DNA of 64,000 nt from Candidatus Bathyarchaeota archaeon (GCA_963720565.1 CAVRFW010000013.1:32001-96000); one strand, 5' to 3'. Numbered from the stretch's first letter, positions 1-10,490 are shown. Notes: a model not told the origin generated them from the letters alone. Translations and numbers: made by a program.

Positions 1-1204
1 GCTTTTCCAGTCTGCATCGGGCGTTACGGGCGACGTGCTCATAGCTGCGGTTGAAAGCAGGGCGATTTCGTACAAGGAAATAGGCTACAGCTTGACAACG
101 GGACAACAGTTATGGGTGCATGATCTCGATCCTGATCACTACACCGCCGCTAGAGCCTTCGGGGAGGGCAAGTACGCCGGCATGAATCCCAACAGCAGAA
201 GCTGGTTTGGCTACGATGCTAGCACGGGTAACCGTTTATGGACCAGTGATCCAGCCGACTATCCTTGGGGAACCTACGGTCTTTCAGGCGTGATCGCGTA
301 TGGCAAGCTATACGCTCTAAGCTACGACGGAAAAGTGCACGCTTTTGACCTTGACACAGGTGATGAGATTTTCAACTACTATAGCGGCGAAGACGTATAC
401 CGTGAAACTCCCTACGGAACTTTTCCGTTCTACTACGGTCCAATAATCGCTGACAACGTGGTCTTTGCCGGTAACGGCGAACACAGTCCGACCCAACCCC
501 TGTTCAGAGGGTATCAACTACACGCTTTCGATGCTCAAACCGGAACTCCAGTGTGGACTCTGCCTGGATGGCATGTCATCCAAGCCATTGCCGATGGTTA
601 CCTCGTATCATACAACGCAGAAGACAACAACATGTACGTTTTCGGCAAAGGGCCGAGTGCAACAACTGTTTCCGCTCCAAATGTCGGAATAACATTTGGC
701 TCGTCTGCAATCATCAGCGGCACTGTCACTGATACATCGGCTGGTGCAAAACAGAATGAGCAGGCTGCTCGTTTTCCAAACGGCGTTCCCGTGGTTTCTG
801 ACGCAAGTGTGAGCGCCTGGATGGAATACGTCTACATGCAACAGGCTTGCCCAGCTGACGTTACAGGCGTTCCAGTGACGATAGACGTGATAGACTCCAA
901 CGGCAATTACCGGAACATAGGCACCGCCACAAGCGACACATACGGCGCATATAGCATCATGTGGACACCCGATATTCCGGGCAAGTACACCGTCATCGCA
1001 TCGTTCGCTGGGTCCGAATCGTACTACGGTTCTTACGCGCAAACTGCTTTCGGTGTAGAAGCACGACCTGAACCTTCGATGGGACCAACCGCACCACCTG
1101 CATCGTTGGCTGATCAGTATCTGCTTCCAGGAATCGGCGGCATCATCGCAGCAATCGCAGTAGTTGGCGTAGTACTAGCAGCGCTTCTGCTTAGAAAGAA
1201 GTGA
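1..1204 (+). CDS. Secreted PQQ-like beta-propeller repeat surface protein, paralog 1 (5' end outside window)
   Basis: Repeated beta-propeller motifs (AFDLDTGDEIF, AFDAQTGTPVW), conserved RFPNGVP..SD.SxSAWMEYVYMQQ block, C-terminal SLADQYLLP + hydrophobic helix + LRKK shared with four other genes in the window. Confidence 0.85.
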   Translation, partial: LFQSASGVTGDVLIAAVESRAISYKEIGYSLTTGQQLWVHDLDPDHYTAARAFGEGKYAGMNPNSRSWFGYDASTGNRLWTSDPADYPWGTYGLSGVIAYGKLYALSYDGKVHAFDLDTGDEIFNYYSGEDVYRETPYGTFPFYYGPIIADNVVFAGNGEHSPTQPLFRGYQLHAFDAQTGTPVWTLPGWHVIQAIADGYLVSYNAEDNNMYVFGKGPSATTVSAPNVGITFGSSAIISGTVTDTSAGAKQNEQAARFPNGVPVVSDASVSAWMEYVYMQQACPADVTGVPVTIDVIDSNGNYRNIGTATSDTYGAYSIMWTPDIPGKYTVIASFAGSESYYGSYAQTAFGVEARPEPSMGPTAPPASLADQYLLPGIGGIIAAIAVVGVVLAALLLRKK

Positions 1205-1241
1205 ACAATCGAAACAAACTTTCACTCTCCCCCTTTTTAGT
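1205..1241 (+). terminator. Putative terminator of paralog 1
   Basis: CCCCCTTTTTAGT tract after the stop; the same tract follows all five paralogs. Confidence 0.5.
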
Positions 1242-1284
1242 GGGACAATAAAACATCCGAACAACAAAGAACAAAGAGGAGAAA

Positions 1285-1400
1285 GATGGGCTGAGTGGGC
1301 TCTGGATTGAACTCTTGATATCGCAGTAGCGGTATAGATTTAGCATTCTCAATTCTCCTTTTTCTCTTATTTTTCGCGTTGCAGAGCCCCAGCAAACCCC
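1285..1400 (+). ncRNA. Candidate structured ncRNA, copy 1 (BHB-like arms, variable interior)
   Basis: Arms GATGGGCTGAGTGGGCTCTGG and GAGCCCCAGCAAACCCC recur at 25765-25874 and are mutually complementary; internal hairpin ATATCGC-AGTA-GCGGTAT; strand inferred from a U.G wobble and BHB geometry. Confidence 0.6.
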
Positions 1401-1412
1401 AACTGCACGACC

Positions 1413-1690
1413 TTATTGTTGAAGCACAGTCAAGATTGGACGATTAACAACGGTGCATTTGCTTGGAATATTGCAACCGGCGATGTTGATTTTGACGGTG
1501 AAGTGGAGATTACCACTGTCGGGTGCATGGGAATCGATCAACTCTACGATCCTGACATAAGAATCTGGTCTGTCTAAAAAACGGAAGGTGACCAGCTTAT
1601 TCTTGTCCTTGTGCTTGTAGGAATAACTGCCGTGATAGGGATTTCCTCAGGCGTTCTTTTTGCGCTAAAGAAGCGCAAGCAACGTTGTTC
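1413..1690 (+). pseudogene. C-terminal remnant of an FG-GAP-like repeat surface protein
   Basis: Frame reads ...NIATGDVDFDGEVEITTVG...RIWSV*KTEGDQLILVLVLVGITAVIGISSGVLFALKKRK; in-frame TAA at 1575-1577; no N-terminus. Confidence 0.6.
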
Positions 1691-1938
1691 CCACAATAAT
1701 GGATTATTAGGCTTGGACTGTCATACGCAATCCTTAAGCCAGAAGACACAGGTGCGAGTGTGCCGATCGAAATCTTCGGCACGGCAGCCACTACAGTCGC
1801 AGCATCCGTCATCGCCATAGCATTTTTCACAATTGCAATGCAAAGGCGAAAAGAACCCGCTTTCTACGCTTCTTATTCTTTCAACGAGATAATGAAAGAC
1901 AAATAAAGGGTGCCTAGCAAATTACCTGTGGGATTTGA

Positions 1939-2268
1939 ATGACAATCTTGTTTTACGTAAAAACAAATGAAAGCCCGAAAATAGTTGGAGAAGTAATCTG
2001 TAAATTCAACTATACCCGCGGTGAGCATCCTGAAGACGAATACAGTTGGATTGTGCAGGAAAGAAAGAGCGGAACCGAAGAATACTGGGAGATTAAGAGC
2101 AAGTACTCTGGATTGAAAGACCTTGCTTCTGTTGGTTTTACCTACCGAAAAGGAGACACTGTAGTCCTTTCAGATGTAGATGACGGATTTGCCTCAAACT
2201 TTTTAGACCCCTTGATTGAAAAGTACGGGTTTGATAACGTGAAATGGATAGTTGTTCCAAAACGCTAG
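1939..2268 (+). CDS. Hypothetical protein
   Basis: 109-aa ATG ORF with protein-like composition. Confidence 0.65.
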   Translation: MTILFYVKTNESPKIVGEVICKFNYTRGEHPEDEYSWIVQERKSGTEEYWEIKSKYSGLKDLASVGFTYRKGDTVVLSDVDDGFASNFLDPLIEKYGFDNVKWIVVPKR

Positions 2269-2342
2269 CCCCAACAAACAAGCACGGTTGCTGTCAGATA
2301 ACACGCCGGAAAATATGAGCGTCCAAAAGGCTGTTCAAGGGT

Positions 2343-2724
2343 ATGAAGCCGAAAATCGTGAAAGCTACTTCACTGAAAGAGTCATTGACGCCTGAAGGAT
2401 GTTTTATCTCTGAGAATTGGGGACTAGCTGAGTTTTGGGGATGCGGCAGTGTCGATTGCACGCGCCAGAGTTGAACCTGGAGTAACCACAAAGGCACATC
2501 ATTTGAAAGGAATACGAGAGATTTACCTCATCCTGAAGGGGAACGGAAAAGTCCGAATCGGCGGCCTTGAACCTGCCAACGTTACAGAAGGTGACGCCGT
2601 CATTATTCCAGCGGGAACAAGCCAAAAAATAACGAATGAAGGAAAAACTGACTTGGTTTTCTACTGCATCTGCACGCCCGCATTCACGCAGGACCGCTAC
2701 CGCGACGAAGAGACAAAAATGTAA
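2343..2724 (+). CDS. Cupin domain protein (frameshift near 2435)
   Basis: ATG 2343 gives MKPKIVKATSLKE...; shifts at ttttgggg into VSIARARVEPG..HHLKG..EIY..G.G cupin motif. Confidence 0.8.
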
Positions 2725-2890
2725 CAGAAAGGACTAAGCTGCCGTGTACGCTTATTCTCCTTCTCTCTGGTCCACCGTACCCAACCGATTAACCTCTAGG
2801 TGCAAGCATAAGGAATACAGCGCTAGAAACGTACTTATTGAACTTGTTTGAAAGAATTGGCATTACTAGGGTTGATTCGGGGGAAAAGAG

Positions 2891-3803
2891 TTGAAGTATT
2901 TCGAGTGGTTAGCAACAACCAAAACCAAGTTGGTTGCTCTGCTAGTTGTGCTGGTTATCGTTCTCGCAAGCCTTATCGGAGCATTGGCGTTCAATCAATC
3001 GGATACACCTATTTCAACTCCAACTCCAGCACCTACTTCAACTCCAACATCCTACTCCAACACCCACTCCAACACCTACTCCAACTCCAACACCCACTCC
3101 AACACCTACTTCAACTCCAACACCCACTCCAACACCTACTCCTACTCCAACACCCACTCCAACGCCTTCACCTGCTCCAACTCCAACACCTCCACCAGAC
3201 GGAAACTGGGACGGGGGTACAGAATTTCTAATTCGAGACGAGATCCACACGTTTTCCGACAATTCACCTGTCGCCGTAGAGAACTGTGGCTGGCATTTCT
3301 GGTACGACACGTCAAGGTATCCTCAGAATTGGTACTCGCCTGTCGACTTCTGGAATGGCAAGATTTACACCCGCTGGGAGATTATAACACAGCCCACCAA
3401 CACAGCCTGCAGCTTCCAGATAGTCTGGTGGAAAGCCCTTCCAGAAGTAGTCAACGGCGTGGAAGTTGTGCAGGAGCTTTGGGATTTGCCCCAGCATCTT
3501 GCGGGGGGCGCAGGGTCAGTTGGCACATTCAGCACGGTGCTGAGCAACTTTCATGTTCAAGGATTAGGTATCGATTTGCACAACACAGGCAATCTCTGGC
3601 GTCAGGGAATCGCGATTATTGATGATGCCACCGGAAGCCCGGTATCTCCCCCTTCATGGGGATATGACGATGAGCCTTGGAACAGCCGCGCACAATGGTT
3701 CCCCATGAAAATGCGTTTGACTATCGTCGCCGTGGCAGCAGGAGCCACCTTCTCCGGATGGGATAGCTGGGTATCGACGCCTCCCACAGACGGCACCAGT
3801 TGA
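2891..3803 (+). CDS. Membrane-anchored/secreted protein with Pro-Thr linker (frameshift near 3048)
   Basis: N-terminal hydrophobic helix in the 2891 frame joins the (PT)n linker and Trp-rich globular domain of the 2946 frame. Confidence 0.7.
3013..3192 (+). repeat. Coding tandem repeat (ACTCCAACACCY units) encoding (Pro-Thr)n
   Basis: Repeated actccaacacccactccaacacct units visible directly. Confidence 0.9.
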
Positions 3804-4038
3804 GAAAGTTAAGCGCGCGACGAGTAAGAAGACCAATCTTAGCTGGAAATATCACCTTTGTTTAGCTTACAGCATCAATACGGGAGCACATATTTGATTC
3901 TGGTTGTAAGAGAAGACTGATAGCCAAAGATGGTTCAAACAACAATGCGACGCGCTCACGTTGCAAAGTACAATCGTTTTTTTAGTGAAGCTGAGTTCTT
4001 AGAAAATCTTAAGAGCACAAAAAAACAGTTGAACATCC

Positions 4039-4158
4039 ATGCCCATTGAGCTAAGTATCAAGGAAGAGTTAGAGAAGGTTACTTCAGAAATTGCCAGATT
4101 AGAGCGCTGCAAGAAAGTTTTAGAAGACACTCTAACTCTTAAATTGGTCAAGCGTTAA
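4039..4158 (+). CDS. Small coiled-coil-like protein (39 aa)
   Basis: MPIELSIKEELEKVTSEIARLERCKKVLEDTLTLKLVKR, heptad-like; below the ORF track cutoff. Confidence 0.4.
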   Translation: MPIELSIKEELEKVTSEIARLERCKKVLEDTLTLKLVKR

Positions 4159-4186
4159 GTTCCTTTAAGAAATATCGCGTTAACAC

Positions 4187-5579
4187 GTGTTTAGTTCAGG
4201 TTGCAAGAGAAAACTGACAGCCAAGAAATATACAAACAACCAAGCGCCTCCTAACAGCAACAATATACTTAATGGTAAATCAGAGACTTCTCTAAAAAGA
4301 GAACTAAACTTAGTCCAGTCTCTGCTCTTAGGCGTAGGCACAGCAATCGGCGGCGTAATGTTCGCCATTATGGGAAGAGCTGCCGACGCAGCAGGTCCCA
4401 GCATAGTTCTAACATTCCTGATAGGCGCTTTCTTTGCTCTTCTCATGGGGTTATCATACGCGGAACTCGGCTCTACAGTTCCAAGCGCCGCTGGCGGAGC
4501 AATAGCCTTTGTTGAACGAGCTTTTGGCAAGAAGACTCCAACTTTCCTTGCAGGCTGGTTCAGCTGGATAGGCAGCGTCACTGACTGCGCCATAGGCTCA
4601 GTGGTTTTTGCATTCTCAGTTCATTACTTCATCGGATGGATAGACCCGTTCCTCTTGGCAGTCATTACTCTGATTGTGTTTGCTTTGATTAATTTTAGAG
4701 GAACGCGAAGCATGGGAATCGTTCAATTCGGTTTGACAGCAGTTTTGATATTCACGCTTTGCTTTTTTATGGCTGGGTCATCCTTGAATTTCAGTTTCGG
4801 CAGGTTTGAACCCTTCTTTCCTAATGGCTTAACACCTACACTATTCATGGTTAGCTTCATCTTTCCAACTTACGCAGGCTACGAATCTATAACTCAGCTT
4901 TCAGAAGAAATCCGCGTGGCAGGCAAGACTGTTCCAAGAGCGCTTCTTCTCACATTAATCGTTGTTACGCTGCTTTTCACGGGTACTGTTGTGGCAATGA
5001 TTGGCGGTGCTCCACGTGAAGTGTACATAAACTCTTCTACGCCTTTGCAGGATGCAGCGAATTACTTTATGGGTCCAGCAGGCGGTGCAATAGTGTCAAT
5101 CGGCGCCATAGTTGCAACGTCTATCCACGATTAACGGTGCTATGGCGGGTGGTTCACGTATAGCTTTCGCTCTCAGCAGAAATGATTTCTTGCCATCTGT
5201 CTTCAAAAAAGTTCATCCAAGATATAGGTCACCGTTCGCAGCTTTGGCTCTAACCACGCTTCTTGCTGTTCTTTTTGTGTTGACTCGCGGGGTTGACTTC
5301 ATTGTGTACGCGATTACACTTGGCTACTCAGTGACAGCTATAATGGTGATTTTGGCGTTGATTCGTTTAAGGAAGACTGAACCCCATCTTTATCATCCTT
5401 TTAAGGTGCCTCTGTACCCATACGTTCCTGTCGCAGGCATCATAGTATTGTGCTTCATGATTGCAACGCTGAGTTGGGAGTCCTTGGTTCTGGGCATAGC
5501 TTTCGGTATGATAGGTGTAATTCTGCTGTTTGCTCTCAAAAGAATGAGAGGCAAGCAAACGAATGTAAGTGACAAATAG
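4187..5579 (+). CDS. APC family amino acid permease (frameshift near 5121)
   Basis: LKRELNL..GVGTAIGG, AGPS, SYAELGS..PSAAGG, YAGYE motifs; continues in the 5112 ORF (SRIAFALSR..LP..F.KVHPRY.SP). Confidence 0.9.
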
Positions 5580-5664
5580 CTGAAGCGCTCAGCAAAGAAT
5601 GTATAATACCACTTTTTTCAGGAGCGCGCGCGGAAAAGAAAGCCTAAGAAAGGCGCGAGTTCGA

Positions 5665-6138
5665 CTAAAAATTCTCCCTGACCAGGCGATAGAGAAACCA
5701 TTCTGAGCGTTCAGCCTTGTTTCTCTCGTAGAATTGTTGAGCCGATTTATTCCAGGTTAGAACGCTAAATTCGATTCTGCTACATCCCTGGAGTTTGGCG
5801 ATTTCTCTAATTTCGTCAAACATTTTCTTGCCGATCCCCTGTCCTCTGTACTCTTCAAGAACAAAAATATCCTCCAGAAAAAGGGTCGGCAGGGCAAGAA
5901 AGCTCGAATACGTGAAGAAGTAAAGCGCGTATGAAACGCATTTACCGCCGATTTTCCCCACGAACGCTTCATACTTAGGTTTCTCTGACAGATAGTCTAC
6001 ACGCAGCCTTTCCTTTGCTGCTTCATCCGGCGGAGATAATTTCTCATACTGGGCAAGCTTTTCAACCAAACCTAAAAATTCGTCAAACGTGCCAGCATCA
6101 ACTTTTCTGATAACCAACTGGTTTTCTTGTTTTTTCAT
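5665..6138 (-). CDS. GNAT family N-acetyltransferase
   Basis: LFLEDIFVLEEYRGQGIGK acetyl-CoA motif A; WNKSAQQFYE. Confidence 0.9.
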   Translation of the reverse strand: MKKQENQLVIRKVDAGTFDEFLGLVEKLAQYEKLSPPDEAAKERLRVDYLSEKPKYEAFVGKIGGKCVSYALYFFTYSSFLALPTLFLEDIFVLEEYRGQGIGKKMFDEIREIAKLQGCSRIEFSVLTWNKSAQQFYERNKAERSEWFLYRLVRENF

Positions 6139-6549
6139 GCAAAAAAGTGGTTGTTTCTAAAATAAAGCTTTGCCCTTGCCGATCGGGCTCTAGGCATCTT
6201 TCCAATGTTCAACACACACAGACTAAAATCTAGTCCCCCAAACCCAAACCGGAGAAAAAGAGGCAAAACATTGAATTCTAGTCTACCAACCAACTGTCTA
6301 CGATGTGGATGGATTTGCAAACCGCTCGCTTGAAAATGAATGTTTGAAAGAAGATACATCTGCCAAAACCCTTAAGTAACATGCTTTAGTGTCATGAAAG
6401 AAAAACGGTGCATGCTTCAAGTCCGCTTCACACAATTTGTGTGTTCAGAAACTGGAACATTCTGTTCTATAACATAGGACTTTAAGCTTGCCAATGCATT
6501 GGAATGCGGTTTCCATCGACTCGCTCTCGTTGCTGAGTGATTATGAAAT

Positions 6550-7911
6550 ATGTTTGAAAACATATTCTATTACCTGACGTTCATCCTTTGGGCGTTCATA
6601 CTATTCAATTTCGCCTACACAGTCATCCTAGCTTTTGCCGGGTTAAAACCTCAAAAGCCTACTCCAAAGCATGATGCAACCAAACGATTCGCAGTCTTGG
6701 TTCCAGCCCACAACGAAGCCAACGTAATAAGCGATTTGATAAATAGTCTCAAAAACCAAAACTACCCCTCAGACCTCTTTGACATTCACATAATAGCTGA
6801 CCACTGTGAAGACAACACCGCAGCAACAGCAGAACAATGCGGAGCAAAAGTCCACGTTCGCAACTCCGGACCTAAAGGAAAAGGCGGCGTAATACGGTTC
6901 TTCCTAGACAAACTATCAAGTGAATTGCCCAGTTACGATGCAGTCTGCATTTTCGACGCTGACAACATCGCACACCCGGACTTCCTACAAAAGATGAATG
7001 ATGCACTCTGCGAAGGAAAAACCTGCATCCAAGGATACCTAGGCACCAAAAACCCGCATGACAACTGGGTCACCAAGGCCATATACTCTAGCTATTTAAT
7101 CACCAATCGTCTGTGGCAGCTTGGAAAAGAGAACTTGGGATTGTCAGCAGCCTGCGGAGGAACAGGATTCTGCGTGTCCACCCCGATTCTAGAACGGTTC
7201 GGCTGGCCAGCTCAGAGCTTAACAGAGGACTTGGAAATGCAAATGCTCTATTCTCTTCACGGAATAAAGTTCAGTTGGTCTCATGAAGCAATAACCTACG
7301 ACGAGAAACCCCTTTCAATCAAGATTGCGATAAACCAGCGCGTCAGATGGACGATTGGACATCTTGATGTGCAACGCAGATACGTTATGAAATTCATTAA
7401 GAACATGATTAAACAAAGAGACATCAAACTACTAGACCAGATCATTTATCTGCTATCGCCATTATACTGGGTGGTTTTTAGCGTTTTGCTCTTTGGATTT
7501 GCTGCCGAGTTCCTTGTCGGCATACAAATGTTTAAGCTGGGAGTAACGGAAGCCTTTGTTCTAAACGTGCTATCACTGCTCATCTATCCTATTGCAGGGA
7601 TTTATTTGGAGACTAAATCATTGAAGGCCATGCATATGGTTCCGTTTCTGTTGGCTTTTACGCCGATTTGGTTTGTGGCCGTAGTTTTGGCATTAAAGAG
7701 TTTTAACAAGAAAGACTGGTTTCACACGCCCCATGGCGTAACAAAGGGGCAAAACAAGGTCCTCCCTAGCTGGAATATTGGCCGATTAGGCTATGCTTTT
7801 CCAAACAAAGGAAACCTCAGTCCAGTATTTCTGGTTAATCCCACTAACCCCCTTATCTCTGAACAAAAGCGTCCTAATAGAAAGGCCAAGACCGAAATAA
7901 AACCTGTTTAA
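6550..7911 (+). CDS. Glycosyltransferase family 2, membrane-bound (cellulose synthase-like)
   Basis: VPAHNE, FDAD, LTED, QRVRW motifs plus TM helices. Confidence 0.9.
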   Translation: MFENIFYYLTFILWAFILFNFAYTVILAFAGLKPQKPTPKHDATKRFAVLVPAHNEANVISDLINSLKNQNYPSDLFDIHIIADHCEDNTAATAEQCGAKVHVRNSGPKGKGGVIRFFLDKLSSELPSYDAVCIFDADNIAHPDFLQKMNDALCEGKTCIQGYLGTKNPHDNWVTKAIYSSYLITNRLWQLGKENLGLSAACGGTGFCVSTPILERFGWPAQSLTEDLEMQMLYSLHGIKFSWSHEAITYDEKPLSIKIAINQRVRWTIGHLDVQRRYVMKFIKNMIKQRDIKLLDQIIYLLSPLYWVVFSVLLFGFAAEFLVGIQMFKLGVTEAFVLNVLSLLIYPIAGIYLETKSLKAMHMVPFLLAFTPIWFVAVVLALKSFNKKDWFHTPHGVTKGQNKVLPSWNIGRLGYAFPNKGNLSPVFLVNPTNPLISEQKRPNRKAKTEIKPV

Positions 7912-8201
7912 AAGCAAGTTCTCCTCCGCAAGCTGAAGCTATCTCGTTTTAAGGGTCTTAGAGGAAACATGGAGCATGTGCCTTTTGGGGCATCACTACA
8001 CGATAGCGTTGAGTATTATCAGAAAGGACGCAGCAGTTACGATGAGATCCCAGACGGTTTTTTCATTCACAGATCTTTTTCCGTCCCAAACAAAATCCAC
8101 TGCTGTTTGTATCGGTTTTAAATCAAAGATGGCAACAACCTGGATAGTTGAGTATCCGGCTCTTGCTGACGCTGCTAATACTCTGTTGGTTGGATCAAAA
8201 T

Positions 8202-8624
8202 TTAGTATTTCTTTTCTTGAAATCTTCGCGATTTGCTTTCGTCCTCTTTATGTAGCCAAAGCCACTGCTTGCGATACCTTTCATTGCTCCAGACTTCTCG
8301 CTGCTCTTTCACCCATTTTTCAGTTCCTATGGTTTTTTGTCTTCTCAGATTCTCTATTGCAGGCAGATGGGTTGACCTAATAGGACTGTAGCAGAACTGA
8401 ATCAGCTTTGAACAGGGCAACTCCTCGCAGTCTTTGCATGATTTAAGGCCTTTCTTGTCCACGCAGCATTTGTAAATGTCACAGCTTCCATGATACTCTG
8501 AGATACCGCATCCGCAAGTGCAGCGGCACCCGTGACAGCTCTTGTCCAAATATTCAACACAAACGCCACAATAGAGACCGCATGGAGTAGCAAGTTTCAG
8601 GTAACCAGAATTGTCCAGTCTCAT
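8202..8624 (-). CDS. Cys-rich DUF3795-like protein
   Basis: PCGLYCGVC...CHGC...CC..KGLKSCKDCEELPC pattern. Confidence 0.75.
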   Translation of the reverse strand: MRLDNSGYLKLATPCGLYCGVCVEYLDKSCHGCRCTCGCGISEYHGSCDIYKCCVDKKGLKSCKDCEELPCSKLIQFCYSPIRSTHLPAIENLRRQKTIGTEKWVKEQREVWSNERYRKQWLWLHKEDESKSRRFQEKKY

Positions 8625-8719
8625 CCCACGGGTTGAAAAGAATTAAAATCGCAAATATATACTTACGATTGACTGTGTGTGCACTAAATTTTTAGCCAAC
8701 CAACCATGGAAGGCGTTTT

Positions 8720-9139
8720 CTATTTCTTGTGTACTTTAGCCCGAATTCCGCGAGCATCTGCCGGGATTTTCCCCTTCAGCCCAGCACGATTGTAAGCCAC
8801 GGCAGCACGGATGATATTTTTCAGAGCGCGCTCATTAATTCCATCACTCTCGTGGAAATCGATTGCTCGCCACTTATTGCCTTCAAGGCCGGCATTGAAG
8901 AGCTTTTCTGGATCCAGAAGGCTTGCGCCTTGAGAGAAGGTCAATTTTACCTTATCCTTGTGAGCGTTGGCGACCGAGATTAGTCCATTGTGAGACCATA
9001 CTGGGGAACCCATCCATTTCCATTCCTCGACTATCTCGGGGTCAGCATCATGAATGATTTTGCGAAGATTGGCAAGCATTTTGCTGCGCCAGTCCGTAAG
9101 ATCTGCGATATATTTGTCAATAAGTTCGGATGGGTTCAT
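8720..9139 (-). CDS. DUF1801 (YdhG-like) protein
   Basis: IDKYIA..DWR..LRKII..ADPEIVEEWKW.GSPVW. Confidence 0.85.
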   Translation of the reverse strand: MNPSELIDKYIADLTDWRSKMLANLRKIIHDADPEIVEEWKWMGSPVWSHNGLISVANAHKDKVKLTFSQGASLLDPEKLFNAGLEGNKWRAIDFHESDGINERALKNIIRAAVAYNRAGLKGKIPADARGIRAKVHKK

Positions 9140-9258
9140 TGACGGTGCACACCACATTGAAGGCGTCCTATATTCTAATATCTTGCGGAAGAGAACTTTG
9201 GGAAAAAAGTTATAGCCAATATAGGTACAATCAGGAATGGCGAAAGAGGATTGCGAAA

Positions 9259-10080
9259 ATGGCGCGGTTGCTTTTTGAGGATTTAGCGAAGAAGATACTT
9301 ACTTCAGCTAGAATTCAGAAATTGCACAGTTGGGTTGAAAACGCAAGCTCTGCAAGGAAATCCAGGTCTGTGGATGCATTTGCAAACCAGTATGACAAGG
9401 CTGAAGAGATTCTCACTTTCTACACATTTGCTCCTTTAATGTTAAGTCTAAACAGACTGGGCTTAACCAATAGGGTTCTTGGATTAGTCGGCATCAGTCC
9501 ACATGAAGAGAACGTGGTCGCTGTAGACATAGAAAGGTTATGTCAACCTCCAGCTGGCTATTTGCACTGGCTTAGAAATGAGGTAAAGAGTCATCCAATA
9601 AGGTACATCAGAGAACAGGCTATAGCCCATTCTAAGACAAACAAGCCATTGGAGTCACACACTCATGTGGACGCATTTGTTGAAACCGACAAGTTGCTTA
9701 TCTTTTTTGAAATAAAGTTTACTTCCGATATCTCTTTTTGTACAACTTTTAATCCAGTGAGAAATCAGTTGGCAAGGCTGATTGATGTTGGGTTAGATGT
9801 GGCTAAGCTCAGCGGCAAGGAGGTTTTGGTACTTTTGTCCACACCTTCCAGATTCTATGAGAGCAGAAGTAGGCTTTACTACTATAAAGTGCAGGAGTAT
9901 TCGGATCCTTTGCTAATTAGTAATGATGTTGCTTGGAGAACTGTTTCAGAGATAAGGGATAATGTTTTAGCGGTTAAATGGGTTGCTTTAGAGGACCTCA
10001 TCAAGGTTTTCTACACAGACTTTAGGCATCCTGACAAGGAGGAGGCTCTGGATTTCTTCAAAGAAAGACACCTTGCCTAA
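9259..10080 (+). CDS. Hypothetical protein, PD-(D/E)XK nuclease-like fold
   Basis: THVDAFVETDKLLIFFEIKF followed by RNQLAR helix. Confidence 0.6.
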   Translation: MARLLFEDLAKKILTSARIQKLHSWVENASSARKSRSVDAFANQYDKAEEILTFYTFAPLMLSLNRLGLTNRVLGLVGISPHEENVVAVDIERLCQPPAGYLHWLRNEVKSHPIRYIREQAIAHSKTNKPLESHTHVDAFVETDKLLIFFEIKFTSDISFCTTFNPVRNQLARLIDVGLDVAKLSGKEVLVLLSTPSRFYESRSRLYYYKVQEYSDPLLISNDVAWRTVSEIRDNVLAVKWVALEDLIKVFYTDFRHPDKEEALDFFKERHLA

Positions 10081-10114
10081 TTTTTGGGATGTTTGAAATG
10101 AAAAAGCTACTCCT

Positions 10115-10363
10115 TTAGTTTGTTTTAGCCGGTGGGTTCAAGCAGAGGTAGCACCCTGCAAGCTTATGTTCATGGTAGATTGGGCAGAACACACAGTTGC
10201 ATCCTAGTGCTCTCACTTGGTCTACTGGTTTTTTGGTGATTCCTCTGGCACAGTATAGGACTGTTTTGTCTGGATTGGTTAAGCATTCTGTGCAATGGCA
10301 TTTGTTCTCGGTTTCTTCATTGTCAGGTACTGGTTTCTTTTGTTTGGCGTGTTTGAAAAGCAT
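10115..10363 (-). CDS. Small Cys-rich DUF2769-like protein
   Basis: VPDNEE..KCHCTEC...LYCARG...GCNCVFCPIY. Confidence 0.7.
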   Translation of the reverse strand: MLFKHAKQKKPVPDNEETENKCHCTECLTNPDKTVLYCARGITKKPVDQVRALGCNCVFCPIYHEHKLAGCYLCLNPPAKTN

Positions 10364-10490
10364 AATGATAGATAAGTGCCTCCATCTTTAAATTTCTTGA
10401 TACTGAGTCCTGGAATGTTTGAAGTGAAAAAGTGAAAACCAAGTACTTGCTAATCCTTCATCTTCAAAAATGTTTTGGAGAAATCCAACC

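Noticed and set aside
1191..1346. Minus-strand 51-aa ORF (MLNLYRYCDIKSS...) starting inside element copy 1
   Set aside because: It has an SD-like motif, but the reading frame is not conserved in copy 2 and it runs through the terminator of paralog 1
1285..1400. Element as tRNA, C/D-box sRNA, hammerhead ribozyme or CRISPR repeat-spacer
   Set aside because: No cloverleaf or T-loop, no box C (RUGAUGA), no CUGANGA/GAAA core, arms are inverted rather than direct, and no cas genes are present
3013..3192. Tandem repeat as a CRISPR array
   Set aside because: No unique spacers; it encodes a Pro-Thr linker
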